Source: Aplysia californica
Lineage: Eukaryota
Assembly: GCF_000002075.1 (NCBI RefSeq)
Contig: NW_004797457.1
Coordinates: 638,114 to 702,113 of the forward strand
Reading direction: 5' to 3'
DNA: 64,000 bases
This document shows, one piece after another, positions 63,155 to 64,000 of this stretch (its first letter is position 1; the number at the start of each line of letters is the position of its first letter). Under the pieces are notes generated by a model. It was not told the DNA's origin. It did no database searches and saw nothing but the letters and a program-made list of their open reading frames with translations. Both the position numbers and the translations under genes were made by a program.

Positions 63155-64000
63155 CTGGACAAAAAGAAAAGAAAACCTCTTGACAGAACACAGAGAAAAA
63201 TGTCAATCTTTTCCTTACACTTGAGGCAAACAAGCATTTTCTGCATTGGCTCATTGTTATACGAGTGTACATGCGTGTTCGTGTGGTGCGAATCTGTGTG
63301 TGTAAGCGCGTGCACATGCGTAAGCACAAGTATGTGAGAGACAGATCACTAAACTTTATCTTTTAAATTAGTCTTTACATTTAAGTCAGAACCCCCTTAA
63401 AATAAATTCAACCTCTGACTCTGAGACAAACCATTTTTCATGCAGACATCACCATATTGTAGTTTCTGGACCCCTCACTCCGAGAACAAATAAGACAAAA
63501 AAATATCGCCACTAAATCCAATTTGTAGTCAAATGGAATGAACCAAACACTAATAAAACAAACTGCCCAGCCAAAATTTACCTTTTCCACTTTATAACCC
63601 CATTTTAAAAAATAGTTCAATTATTCATACACTTTGTGCTAAACTGTTCAGCATCACAGTAGCAACAGTCATTCAGCTCCCCCTGCCTCTACAATATTGA
63701 GGCAGCATAGAGTTCATAAAAAGTGATTTGAAATTTAACAGCAGTATCACAGAAACGTTGCAACTTAATTTTTCAAATCACGGAGGTTCTGATATCCTAT
63801 GTGTGTGTGTGTGTGCGCGCGCGCGCATCAAACCTTAGCAAATTTCTCCTTAGGGTTGTACTGTAACGCATGATTGGACTCAGAACTATAACAATTTTAC
63901 TTACCATTTGGAAAGGAAAAACTCATAGAGCTTCACAGGGCACCGTAGAGGGTTGTCAAAGTTTTCTGTCACCTCATAGACGGGTACACCCTCTTTACTT

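Overview
Animal (eukaryotic) genomic DNA, probably a mollusc or gastropod; that assignment is inferred only from SINE types and TAGATCTA-rich tracts. The window has three N-gaps (38716-38881, 46658-46839, 51426-51620). Host genes reconstructed by hand from splice sites and reading frame: SNIP1 (- strand, FHA domain), head-to-head with BLOC1S3 (+, 6 coding exons including a 20-nt micro-exon); ZUP1/ZUFSP (+, 9 coding exons, catalytic Cys/His/Asp intact); and the last coding exon of a ZMYM2/3/4 (Woc-like) gene (-). The first ~19 kb is mostly decayed transposons: a hAT-like DDE element, and a three-level nest in which a piggyBac sits in a P-element transposase that sits in a Merlin element. Introns and intergenic DNA hold a Sola1 element, many MITEs (Sola-, Merlin-, Harbinger- and pogo-type), RTE, Tc1 and Harbinger fragments, and at least five short-retroposon families. 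The most interesting signals are (i) a ~175-nt retroposon with no tRNA head that shares a covarying 3' stem-loop with a tRNA-derived SINE, (ii) TA-NNNN-TA palindromes that behave like transposon excision footprints and may build the (TAGATC)n tracts, and (iii) the triple nest. No CRISPR array, rRNA or convincing tRNA gene was seen. I cannot claim a wholly new biological system from this sequence alone.
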